A stretch of DNA of 63,032 nucleotides, counting the filler, from Hausera hauseri (lineage: Eukaryota): assembly GCA_046269625.1 (NCBI GenBank). It is 10 parts of 10 records of this genome, joined end to end, with 100 filler letters (N's around TTAATTAATTAA, not from the genome) between each part and the next. Parts side by side here need not be neighbours in the genome. Positions count along the whole stretch, not along the records: positions 33,294 to 37,452 come from JBJURY010729323.1; positions 37,553 to 41,965 come from JBJURY010593889.1; positions 42,066 to 46,377 come from JBJURY010641996.1; positions 46,478 to 57,623 come from JBJURY010109986.1; 6 more parts are not named here. One strand, written 5' to 3'. Shown piece by piece: positions 36,158 through 47,522 of the stretch; positions within the stretch are counted from its first letter, which is position 1, and every line of letters starts with the position of its first letter. The notes below the pieces were generated by a model. The model did no database searches, was not told where the DNA came from, and worked only from the letters and a program-made list of their open reading frames with translations. Both the position numbers and the translations under genes were made by a program.

Positions 36158-36620
36158 ATGTTAGCTAATATCAACTATCGCGAACGTTACCGAGTGTGAC
36201 ATTAACACACTACCTTTTAATCAATGGAAGCCGAGGCAGTATGTCCTCAAGTGTACACCATATTTTACGTGCATCATATTTCAATTGGAAAAGTGTCGTA
36301 TTATGGGTTGTCGCAAACTAATCACAGCCAACAACAATAACAGTAAACTACTATCATTCGGAATTGTCACTGAAAAAATCCAATCAATAACGGTAACGAC
36401 TCAGTTAGACTACCAAACAATCAGTCTGTACAAATTAGCAATAGCCAATAAATGTACGTATGAACCCAAACTGTTTTCTACACTGAAGCTGATGTCGTTT
36501 CGCCCACTTTGTGTCAATGTGTTTAGCAGTGGAAAAATTGTTGTACTCGGTACTCGGACAGTAGATTATGAACCTATTATTAATCAAATTAAAAACCACA
36601 TAAATATTTTAGTGAATCAA
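36158..36620 (+). pseudogene. TATA-binding-protein-fold gene (two repeats, one frameshift near the 5' end)
   Basis: Repeat 1: NINYR/..TCIIFQLEKCRIMGC. Repeat 2: IQSITVT..YEPKLFSTL..VNVFSSGKIVVLG, compared with TBP YEPELFPGL..LLIFVSGKVVLTG. Confidence 0.8.
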
Positions 36621-36683
36621 AATATTGTACATTACACAACAAACTATAAATACCATTCCCATGCTCATTTAGACATTGCTGCC

Positions 36684-37271
36684 ATGGAAGACGACGACGA
36701 CAAAACGATTCTACTCAATAATGCTTGTGCGAATGATGAAAGTTCGGATTGGCCGTGGTTGTTTGGTTACAAAAGTGATAATTCTAATGTCAAATTTCTG
36801 GAAACAAAAACAGAACCTGTCCAACAATTAGAAAAACCGTATGATTGTATGCAGGGCGATTGTCTGGAAACGAAAAAGGAATTTGCTCAGAAATCATCAG
36901 CAGCAAAACCGATGTTAAAAAGGCAAAATCCAATGATTGGAATACATAAACAAAAATCCAAACCGTCGTGCCAAATACAGACATTTTTACCGAAACAAAT
37001 TTTTCGCAAGTATGAAATGCATTTTCTGCAAACGCCCGTACTGAATTCATTGAATGATCCCGTGTTTCTATGTGCACCCAAGTACAGCTATCGTATAAAA
37101 TGGCTATCGGGTGAAAATTTGGATAAACTTTCTAATGCTATACATAAATTAAACGTGGATTTAAAGTTGAACGAATCAACCGTGCAACAGGAATCTGTTG
37201 TTTTATCGGCGCAGAAAAGCAAAATTATTTCATTTTATCGGTTGCGAAATTTGTCATGTACCCGATTATGA
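36684..37271 (+). CDS. Hypothetical protein, in frame with the TBP-like region and probably a separate gene
   Basis: gccATGG start context (MEDDDDK...) within the 328-aa ORF. No motif recognised. Confidence 0.4.
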   Translation: MEDDDDKTILLNNACANDESSDWPWLFGYKSDNSNVKFLETKTEPVQQLEKPYDCMQGDCLETKKEFAQKSSAAKPMLKRQNPMIGIHKQKSKPSCQIQTFLPKQIFRKYEMHFLQTPVLNSLNDPVFLCAPKYSYRIKWLSGENLDKLSNAIHKLNVDLKLNESTVQQESVVLSAQKSKIISFYRLRNLSCTRL

Positions 37272-37552
37272 TGGTTTAAAGTGTCGACTGAATATTGAAT
37301 TGCAAGGACACAAGGAAAAAGCCTGTATCAGTAGCCCGATTTGGCGTGTATCTGAATCACATTTTAGTTATCAATAAATTTTTGTTTTGTATTACCATTC
37401 TTCTCCTTCTTCTTTCAATAACCCAATTAACGAGTATAAATATACGTGTAATNNNNNNNNNNNNNNNNNNNNNNNNNNNNNNNNNNNNNNNNNNNNTTAA
37501 TTAATTAANNNNNNNNNNNNNNNNNNNNNNNNNNNNNNNNNNNNNNNNNNNN

Positions 37553-40500
37553 CGGGCGATCATTCATACCGACACCTGCAGCTCTGAAGCAGTCTCTGGC
37601 GGTAGTGAATATAAAAAATACTAACGACGAATACTGTTTTCTTTACAGTATTCTGCCGATACTGAAATATAACGAAATGGACAGATATAATGCATCTCGT
37701 CCAAAACATTATCAGAAATATTTTTCCGAATTGGATTTTGATGAAAGCTGGATGCCGGTGAAACTGAAATCCATTCCGACATTTGAATGGCGTAATCCGA
37801 CACTGATAATCAACGTGTTCCGGTACAACACAGTCGTAGGAATACCGGCGGATGAAGAAATTTACAAAAAACCCCCATGTGGATATAATCTACCGAAGTC
37901 GAAACCCAAATGGCTGCCCAATAAATTTGTTGTTACTGGAGCAAAAGGAAAAATTCCACTACATTGCAGAGACAAATCTGGACAGACTGTTGAACATGGG
38001 ACATGACCAGTTCATCGAAAAGTGAATACAATGTAATGGTGTCCCATGTGTCTGCACGGATTCAGATCAGCGACAAAATGGGAGAAACACATGACTCTGT
38101 GCAGACAAAATTCAACAGGAACAACCATGTACGTAATGCCACTCAAAAAGGGAGCTCCGATTCGGTGACTGGTCGAAAATGGACAGTCCGGCATATATTA
38201 TATATGTCGATATCGAAGTTATCTTACCACGGCAAAACATATATGACCAAAAAAATGTTCCAGTCGCCGTCGGTATGTTTTTTGTCCCAATAAAACCCGC
38301 AGGTCAACAGCAATATCATGTTTTTCATGGCTGGAACTGCGTACGCGATTTCCTGCATCAGTTGGAAACAATAGTAGAAACGGAAGTGGCACCCTGGTAC
38401 AATAGAAATAGCAATAAATCCTTGATATGGTCAGAAGAAGATGAACGCCTGACGTTTGCAATCACGGATGAATGTTATCTGTGCCACCACAAAATATTGC
38501 TCTTTGATGCAGAGAAACGGCTCGTACCGGATCATGATCATTTTACCGGTCGATATCTCGGAGCAGCATGCAATTTATGCATTTTGGCAAGAAGGGTTCG
38601 GCCATTCCTGTCGGTGATTTTTCATAACTTCCGGAGTTATGATTGTCACCATTTTTGAAATGGGTCATCAGTGAATTTTCGCACTGGGAGCTATCGATAA
38701 TCCCAACAACAATGAAGAACTACCTGTCCCTATCGGCGCGCATAAACCGGTTTCAGGTACGGTTTCTTGACTCATTGCAGTTCCTCATTGAGTCTCTAGG
38801 AAAGCTCGTAAGTGTCTTGCCGGATGTGCCGATAACGCTGACACAGTCCCCTGCGCATATTGCATGCAGCCAAGGCATATTTCCATATGACTTTGCTATG
38901 TCGTACGAGCGGCTTCAAACAACAGAGGAATTGCCTCCCCGATGAGCTGGAATCACAGAGGACGAGTATGATAGAGCACAAGAAGTGTGGACAGAGCTCG
39001 GCTGCAGAAACATGTTGGAGTACATGCTCCAGTATCTGAAACTGTACGTGTACTTCTTAGCTGACGTATTCCAAGCGTTTCGGGGTAAAGTGTTGGCGAA
39101 AGATGGGTTGGAACCGCTCAACTTTTACTCAATATCGGGAATGAGTTGGGCATCGGTACTAGAGTCACTTGATCGGGACATTGAGCTGCTGCAAGACGCA
39201 GAAATGTACCGCTTGCTTGACGGTGGCATTCGTGGCGGCATGACGTTTGTCAACAAGCATCACGTAACCAGTGATGATAACACATCAATGTTGTACATAG
39301 ACATTAATAACCTGTACGGCTGGCCGCTTTCGCAACCCTTGCCGTACGGCTCATTTGAATGGGTTGTCGAAAACCGAAATTGGATGCATTAATGGACAGT
39401 CTGACAGCAGCAGCAGCCGAAAACACGACAAAATTCAGCTCAGTCGGCTACCTGATGGAAGTTGATCTCACCGTTCCAGATGAGCTGCATGACGCTTTGG
39501 ACGAATTACCCTTGGCACGAATCAGCCATTGTCCACCCGGCGGCTCAACAAAAGTAAAGAAACTGCTCATGACGCATGAACCGAAGCTGAATTACGTGGT
39601 TTATTGGCGTCTGCTGCAGTTTTACATGCAGTTTGGTGTACGCGTCACACAGTTGTATTGTGCAATCCGCTTCAATCAGGCGCCGATATTACAGGCGTAC
39701 ATTGATGGAAATTCAGAAAAACGAGCCGCAGCTTGTGCAAAGTTCGAAAAGGACTATTACAAGTTGAAAAATAATTCTCTTTACGGCAAATTGATAGAGA
39801 ATTTCATGGAGCAGCTCAATGTGCGTCTGTGCAACAACGAAAAGCGGCTGGTTACGTACACAAGCAAGACTCAGTTCAGGCGGTCGTTGCACACTGCCGA
39901 CGGATTAGTCGCCGTGCTTCCCAACAGGGAAGAAGTAGTATTGGACCAGCCAAGCTACATCGGACAAGTAGTACTAAACTTGAGCAAGTTGCGCATGTAC
40001 GAGCTCCAGTATCGTGACTTGGCACGTTATCGGCAAATGTTCGGCGGCGACTGTGAGATCAGTATCGTTGCCACGAACATAGACAGCTTTTTCTTGCATC
40101 TGAAAAACATCGATCGGGACCAACTGCTCCGATAAATGATGGTAAATGGACTACTGAACACGTCCAACTACCCACCGGTTCATCCGCTGTACACCAGCGC
40201 GATAACAAACAAAATTGGCTGCTTCAAGGACGAATGCGAAGACCGGGTCCAGTACAGTAAATGGATATTTTTGCGCCCAAAGTGTTACAGTCTGCTGACG
40301 GACTGTGGGACGAAAATGCGGGCAAAAGACATTTGGCTGAAACAGACGGAAATAAATCACGGTGATTATCGCCGCGTTTGTGATGGACAAGAATACGGAG
40401 AAGATGGAGGAAAGGCTGTTTTCTCTCAAACGACTATACGATCGATTGAGCACAAGCTGTATATCATCACAAATAAAAAGGTTGCTTTGTCATGCAACGA

Positions 40501-40564
40501 TGAGAAGCGAAAGTGGGAGGGGCGAAATAAGAGTTGGACGTATGGACATTGGCGTATGAGGTAA
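37553..40564 (+). pseudogene. polB: Polinton-type pPolB, close paralog of 29116-32079, 5'-truncated by the contig edge
   Basis: IYVDIE, DHDHFTGRYLGAAC, FHNFRSYD, FLDSLQF, GGIRGG..YIDINNLYGW, YKLKNNSLYGK, TNIDSFF, IGCFKDE, FLRPKCYS. Confidence 0.92.
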
Positions 40565-40860
40565 CACACGCTCATTTCTCAGTAACAGAACAACAGTTCA
40601 GTCAGTACAAAGATGCAATTCAAATAAGTCAGCCAGGTCATTGACTTTTGTGACCTTTGTTTGTTTTACATTCATCTGCTGTACATGTGATCAATAACGT
40701 ATTTGTACACTAGCTTTTGTCTTCTGTTTTATAACAAGGAAATGAGGCTTAAGTTAGGTTATCGAAAAAAAACTCATATTACACCAAACCTCAAATACTT
40801 TTCACAACACAACATAACACAACACCAAAAGCTCAAATAAATTTTATTAGAAATAATAAA

Positions 40861-41298
40861 CTACAGTAAATTCGTTAGGGTAAACTTTTCCAATTTCCAC
40901 ATTGGCCATTTAATACCATACAGTTCCTTATATCCTTTTAGCTTCATTGTTACATATCCTTTTACCTCTTCCGTTGGCAAAACTGCTGTTTGTTTACATG
41001 CTGCACTCACAATTTTCGCTATGTTGCCTTTAATGAAAAGCAAGGATGCGTCCCGAATATCATTGGATAACATCAAATCACTGTCCACTTTCTTCATCGT
41101 TTCCTCAAATGCATTCCAGTCACTGTCAACTATTTTCCTTGCCAACAGATTATATTTTACCTGTTTCATTTTGATCGGTGTTGATAATTTCACTAGAATG
41201 GGGGTTCGCAGGAAATGACGATTGCACCCGTTATATACTCTGGACTGTCTGAGGGAATACGGGCCGTACTTAGACACACTGTTGCTTTCTAAATACAT
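40861..41298 (-). CDS. Conserved 145-aa Polinton-associated hypothetical protein convergent with polB
   Basis: Intact ORF from MYLESNS, conserved with the copy at 32370-32800. Confidence 0.7.
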   Translation of the reverse strand: MYLESNSVSKYGPYSLRQSRVYNGCNRHFLRTPILVKLSTPIKMKQVKYNLLARKIVDSDWNAFEETMKKVDSDLMLSNDIRDASLLFIKGNIAKIVSAACKQTAVLPTEEVKGYVTMKLKGYKELYGIKWPMWKLEKFTLTNLL

Positions 41299-41674
41299 GT
41301 TAAGGACAAAAAGAGTAAAAATGAATGGACTTACTGCAACCTGGCACAACTGAACTGTCGGTGTTGTTGTTGTTGTTGTTGCTGCTGCAGATGCTATTGT
41401 TTTGTTGTGCAAACATTTCAGAGACAAAGTGAAATGAAAAGACATCCATATTTCTATCAACTTTTGTTTTCATTGTAAGCAATATATATTTACTTTGTGA
41501 GTATTGTCACATCATAAATTGCTTCAATTCATCAATTATTTTCATAATTATTATTTTTTTTATTACTGTAACCTACCCGTATTTATAGCTCGAACTATTC
41601 AAATGACCAATATTGCGGACCTTGGTTACAGAAAGAAAGAAAGAAAGAAACAGAGAATTACGTATATATTTATT

Positions 41675-41965
41675 TCATGAAATATAGTCAATGCAAAGCC
41701 GCAGACATTTTTTGTAAGCACAATGTGGACCATGATCACGATACGGACATCGGATATTGTCAGGTACCATCGCTAGCAAGCTATTTGATGTTGATGTTGA
41801 ATACGTCGTCATGCGCAACTCGGGAAACTGTAAATGGAATTGTTTAAACTTTTGGCCATCAATTTGATTTCTAATGTAAAATATGGTGTTTTCAATGTCA
41901 AAACAATCACAAATTTCTCCCATAATACACTGCACACAAAACGTTGAATTGCCTTCATACCAATG
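41675..41965 (-). CDS. Cys-rich hypothetical protein fragment
   Basis: CVQC..CDC and CPY..HCAYKKC..C clusters. Open to the contig edge. Confidence 0.3.
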   Translation of the reverse strand, partial: HWYEGNSTFCVQCIMGEICDCFDIENTIFYIRNQIDGQKFKQFHLQFPELRMTTYSTSTSNSLLAMVPDNIRCPYRDHGPHCAYKKCLRLCIDYIS

Positions 41966-42792
41966 NNNNNNNNNNNNNNNNNNNNNNNNNNNNNNNNNNN
42001 NNNNNNNNNTTAATTAATTAANNNNNNNNNNNNNNNNNNNNNNNNNNNNNNNNNNNNNNNNNNNNTAAAAAATGATACTAATCCTGTATGAAATAAAATA
42101 GTTATGGAATATTTTGTGCTTTGCCATTTTAATCCGAAAATAACGCACGCACCCTGTATATATATAGTAGTAATTGTATGTTAATAATTTTGAATATAGG
42201 TTGTTCTGATAGATTTGAAAAAATTTTAAATCTAATAAAGTTTCATTCTCTCATTGAAATTTTTTTATTCTCTCATTGGAATTAATTATGAAGGGATTCC
42301 TACCAAGAGTATCCAAATTACAATGGTGTCAGAATGTTTCATATCATGATCTCATTACGGATTTACAGATTTTGAATATCTCATATGATGATCTCAATAC
42401 AAATAATCTCAGTAATTGTCTCAGTGTTGATCACGTACCAGCACCAATACTCAATCAAATAGCAAATTCGAAATTACAACTTATCTGCACAATGGAACAT
42501 ATTGTATTGGAATCAGTCTCATCATGGTATGATCGATGTACGAAAATTACCATAAGCACTGTTGAGCAACTCGTCAAAGATTTCGGATTGGATTGTGACT
42601 TCAACTTGGTTAAACAATACGCATTTAGTATGTGTCGGAATTTAACTACTGGTCTGTGTTTGGTCACTGCCCGTGAGATTATTGGTACGTCGTTGATTGC
42701 CAACGATAATTGTTAATTAGATGAGCCATCGTCAAAGTCCAATTTACTGTTGAATTCAATTGATTGTTTGACAGACAAATGATATCAGTAAG

Positions 42793-44812
42793 ATGACTTA
42801 CTCACACATGAATGGGGTAGAAAGTCTTTACGTTATCCCCAAATCTGCATCAATCAATTCAGTCAGCTCATCTATGCAAAATTCTCAATCTGTTGTTATC
42901 CGTTATCAGAATCCTGACTCATTCATCAGGCCTACCGATGAAAATCGTATTTTGAAAAACATTGGTAAATCTCATGACAACAAAAGTGCCTCATTTTCAC
43001 GATTATTTCGTCGGGAAAGTTCATTGGAAAATCTGGCCGAAGATATAACCGATGTGCATTGTTTGTCGAACACGACCATTAACGTTATTCCCGAATCTGT
43101 TAACATGACAGAAAACTCCAAACTCAACACTACAAAGAAAATTCAGCCTGGTTCCCGAGTTAGACGAACATTATCCTCATTATTTCCTTGCTGCACTATT
43201 CAGTCACGAAGTTTGAATTCATCTCAGAAAGGCCATTTTCCTGTCGAAACAACGTGTACCACAGAATCAGATAAAATGTCCAATCCATCCGTCAGATGCT
43301 TTACGGAAATCAAACCTTATATCAGTTTTAATTTTCTGAAATTAAGGAAGTTTCGCGACATATTTGACGAACCAGATGCTGCATCTAAACGGCTACAGCA
43401 GAAAATGACGCGAACTGTCGTAATGTCGCCACCAATGAGAGACGGAGACAAATCCGTCTCACCGACGAAATCCATTAAGTCCGATGATAATTTTCAGTCA
43501 GAAAATGGAGGCCCGAAAATGTCAGAGAGTAACTCGCATATCGATTTTATCGTCCCACGGCCAGAATAATTGTCGACAATGACGAAACCTGTTACTGGGG
43601 CCAATGCGTCATCAGGACCTAAGAAGAAAGTTATTTATAGTTGATCTCCACGAGACATTGGTTCATAGTTCATTTAAGACGGTGGAGAAAGCAGATTTCA
43701 AAGTTGGTGTAGAGATTGAAGTCCATACCGTGTACGTACTCAAACGACCTTATGTCGATGTATTTCTGCAGAAAATGGGCAGAATATTCGAATGTGTATT
43801 ATTTACGGCTAGTCTGGCAAAGGTATGTCATACGACACATTTGATTTGTTGTCATCACTATTGCAATTAGTATGCAGATCCAGTCGCCGATTTCCTCGAT
43901 AAATGGCGAGTATTCAGGTGGCGTCTATTCAGAGAATCGTGTGTATTTCATCGGGGGAATTATGTGAAAGATCTTGATATGTTGGGTCGTCAGACTGACC
44001 AGATTGCCATACTTGACAATTCTCCTGCATCTTACATGTTTCATCCGGATCATGCTGTGCAAATAACCAGTTGGTTTGATGATTCTCGTGATACTGCTCT
44101 ACTCGATCTCATTCCCTTCTTTGAGCAACGAGCCGTTAGTAAGTCTGTACCGACATTTCTGGCCACTCATAAACCACCATCACGAGCCACTGTACCAGTC
44201 ACTGTTATGATGGTGCCATTAGCTGCCTCATCAAATTCACAACAACCGTCGTACTCATCTTCCACTCCAATTGCCGATATTTCCCCTCCTCCTTCCTATC
44301 CACCACCACCTCCTAATGATACATCAAGTTCATCTGATGACAGTGCTGTTAGCATTTTCAGTCCAACATCATCATACTGCACAAAATTGCAGTCAGCTGT
44401 ATCAATGCCGAATGTTGTAACAATGGAAGGACAAACAAATAATCAATCTAGACCAGCACGTAGTGAAACTGACATCACGATGATTCAGCAGTTATCCATA
44501 ATGATGACATCATCACCAAATAGCAATTGCATCATCACAGATAACAAACGAATACGGCATCAACGTAGTCGCAGTTTGCCAACTAAATATCCACACATTT
44601 CCTTTACTCGTCTGATATCTCCTAGTCTGCCAGTGCTTTCATTCGGTCCTATGAACGTCATTGGACGTAAAAACGTTGCACAGATAAACAATAACAATAA
44701 TCATCGATTGATTCGTTCAGTCTCTTTATTTTCATCATGTTCTGATGGAATAATACATGCACAACAGTTGACTAATCGGGCATCATTACGAATGTCACTG
44801 TCGATAAAATGA
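42793..44812 (+). CDS. CTD small phosphatase (SCP/CTDSP, FCP1-like HAD) homolog, possibly inactive or pseudogenised
   Basis: [34 protein letters not shown], then a 48-nt GT-AG intron (43823-43870), then [42 protein letters not shown]. The upstream ORF has SSLFPCC, like the SCP palmitoylation motif, but is out of frame at about 43570-43590. Confidence 0.85.
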
Positions 44813-45149
44813 TGAACAATCACAACAACAACAACAACAGTTCAATTTGATCTCGGATTAATGATGTAATGTATGCGTGTGTATTACGTAACTCGAATGC
44901 AGCATCATCGACAAACAAAACAGAATACATTTCTGTACAAATATAAATATATAAATTTACTGTTACCACATATACATATTTATCAACTATTATTACTCTA
45001 CTGCAGTCGGACTAGTCACGTCGTCATGGACAGACATAATATATGGTTGATGACGACATGGGCAACTGTCGTTCACAGCACGTCTGCTGCTGTAATGAGA
45101 TTTTGTTATTTTGCTCTATAAACTTAGTAATTGTTTTCTTCTAATGTTT

Positions 45150-45325
45150 CTGTGTCTGTGTTTCTTGTGTGTTTGTATGTGACTGTGTTTGTGTTTGTAT
45201 GTGACTGTGTTTGTATGTGACTGTCTGTGTTTGTATGTGACTGTCTGTGTTTGTATGTGACTGTATTTGTGTTTGTATGTGACTGTTTGTGTTTCTCTCC
45301 ATGCTTGTGTGTCTGTGACTGTTTA
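45150..45325 (+). repeat. Minisatellite of GTGTTTGTATGTGACT-type units
   Basis: At least six imperfect 16-22 nt units. Confidence 0.85.
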
Positions 45326-46631
45326 TGTGGGGGGGATGCGTACCGATTTTCTGTTCATTATTCTTATTTGGATTTAAATTTCGTGTGTGCAGGAGGTTAC
45401 CATTTTTAAATTATTTTTCATATTTAATTGGTTACGTGGGCCATAAAATATCGATTAGATATTCAGTGATGCTAATACGACAATTTTCCTTAATCTGTTT
45501 ATCACCTTTAATTTCATTTATCTAAAAGCCAATAAAGTTGGATATTTTAACTGAAGTCTATATGGATATGCATCACTGAATTCATCATTTGGCATATGAA
45601 AAGTCTATTGATTCGTTGTGAAAACATTCGTTAAGAAGACATTTTACAACACGACAGTGGATTTAGGTTATATTCAAGTCATTTTGCCTAGGTCAATACT
45701 TTAATGTATTCACAATTATTGAATCGTATATTCGTCCTCAAATGGTCTTCATACTATTTTCATCAGATTTGAAAAATGAAAATGTATTTAATGACTGTGA
45801 AAGGAAGCAATGCTGTGGATTCCTTTATATATATATCAGATTGGATGGGAAATTAATCATGGATTCATTATTGGTCTTTTCTGCAAATGACAACAAATAG
45901 CACATTCAATATTTCATGCATTGTTTGTATTGAATTGTTATAACTTCTTTTGATATTTTGTTGACTAATATTTTTAATTTGCACAATAACTTACCCATTA
46001 TATTTGCACAATAAGTTAACAGTCCTTAATTGTGTTAACACAAAGTTTTGTTATCTCTCTCCCTCTCTCATCATCTATTTCATGCACCTTTTAAACGACG
46101 ATCATTTACTATCGTTATGATTCTACAGCCATGTTTTATCTCTACAGTCCATCGGTGAAGTGATGTAAACAATGAATCACAAAATTATTTGGATATAAAT
46201 ACATGGGAATTCGGGTAAAGAGAATCAAAACATTTGATAAAATCATCAACAACATTCAAATAAAACCATGTTCTCATGTTTATAATTCTCATTTAAAAGT
46301 TGACATTTCCTGCATCATTGAGTATTTCTGTCCTCATGTCATTTTAATAAATAATTTATAGACACACGCATAAACTTNNNNNNNNNNNNNNNNNNNNNNN
46401 NNNNNNNNNNNNNNNNNNNNNTTAATTAATTAANNNNNNNNNNNNNNNNNNNNNNNNNNNNNNNNNNNNNNNNNNNNATCAGTAGCCAACAAAATTTGCA
46501 GTGTAAATTCTCCATTTCACTGGATTTTTGCTGGGCACTTGCTGTGGCCTAGTTGTATTCTGATTACAAGTCATAAATTTAACTGAAACACCCCTTTCTG
46601 TTGATCACATTTAGTCATTTGTGCATAGTAC

Positions 46632-47522
46632 TAGTGCTGGGCGGTATACCGGTTCGTACCAAAAACTTGTTTTATTTTTGTTTTGATCTGAATTTTCTGA
46701 ATACTGTAGGGCTGACCTGGAATAGTTGCTGATTCGACTATTTGATTCGGAGGACTCTGATTCGGCTATAAACGTCATAGTCGAATGTTGTTTGTAATCA
46801 AGATCGTACCATTCTGATTACATGGGGGTGCCCAAGGCTGCCAAGCATTAGTTGTTACATGGAAAGTCTTTGTTTTTGTTATATATAGCCTTTTGTCAAA
46901 CAAAATCATCCTAATTTCTGTTAATAAAAAAATGAAAAGATGTTTGCATTTAAACAATAAGCTTCTTTCTTACTACACATTAAATCACCCACTGCTGTTG
47001 CACAATCCAAATGAGCAGAGCTGAACACGTTACTGAACCTTCAGCATCTGCCAGTGTATTGGCTCATGATGGCTACTAAAAAAACTTCCAAAGTGTGGGA
47101 GTATTTTGAAAAAGATAAAGATGAACCCAAGAAAGTAAAGTGCAAGTTATGTCAGCAACGTCTTGCATATCACACGACAACAACCAACATGGCATATCAT
47201 TTAAAACGGGTAAGGCGGAAAAAAAAATGTTCAGCCGTTTGTCGATGCAGGCATTGAATAAAACACGTGTCATTTTCTGACAGTTACACCCGCAGAGTCA
47301 TGACGACAGCTCAGCCAGCACGTCTGCAGCATCAGCAGCCCCAAGATTAACGCAAAAAAAAATTGATTTGAGACCACCACTTTCACAGAAAAGAAAAACG
47401 GAAATTACTGAAAAAATTGCAGAGTTTGTTGCGCTTGATATGAGACCAGTGCGCATTGTTGAGGGCGAGGGATTTAAAGAACTTTTGCGCACACTTGAGC
47501 CAGGCTACACCGTCCCTACAAG
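46632..47522 (+). mobile_element. 5' part of a hAT DNA transposon (BED zinc-finger, ZBED1-like transposase), truncated by a second insertion
   Basis: SKVWEYF..CKLC..NMAYHLKR, intron 47210-47283, then LHP..IAEFVALDMRPVRIVEGEGFKELLRTLEPGYTVP. TIR-like TAGTGCTGGGCG (46632) and TAGGGCTG (46707). CAGTGGCG insertion end at 47523. Confidence 0.85.

Noticed and set aside
36285-37271. 328-aa ORF as a genuine TBP fusion protein
   Set aside because: The TBP-like part starts upstream of the called ORF and the second half has its own strong ATG context. A lost stop in a decayed element is equally likely.
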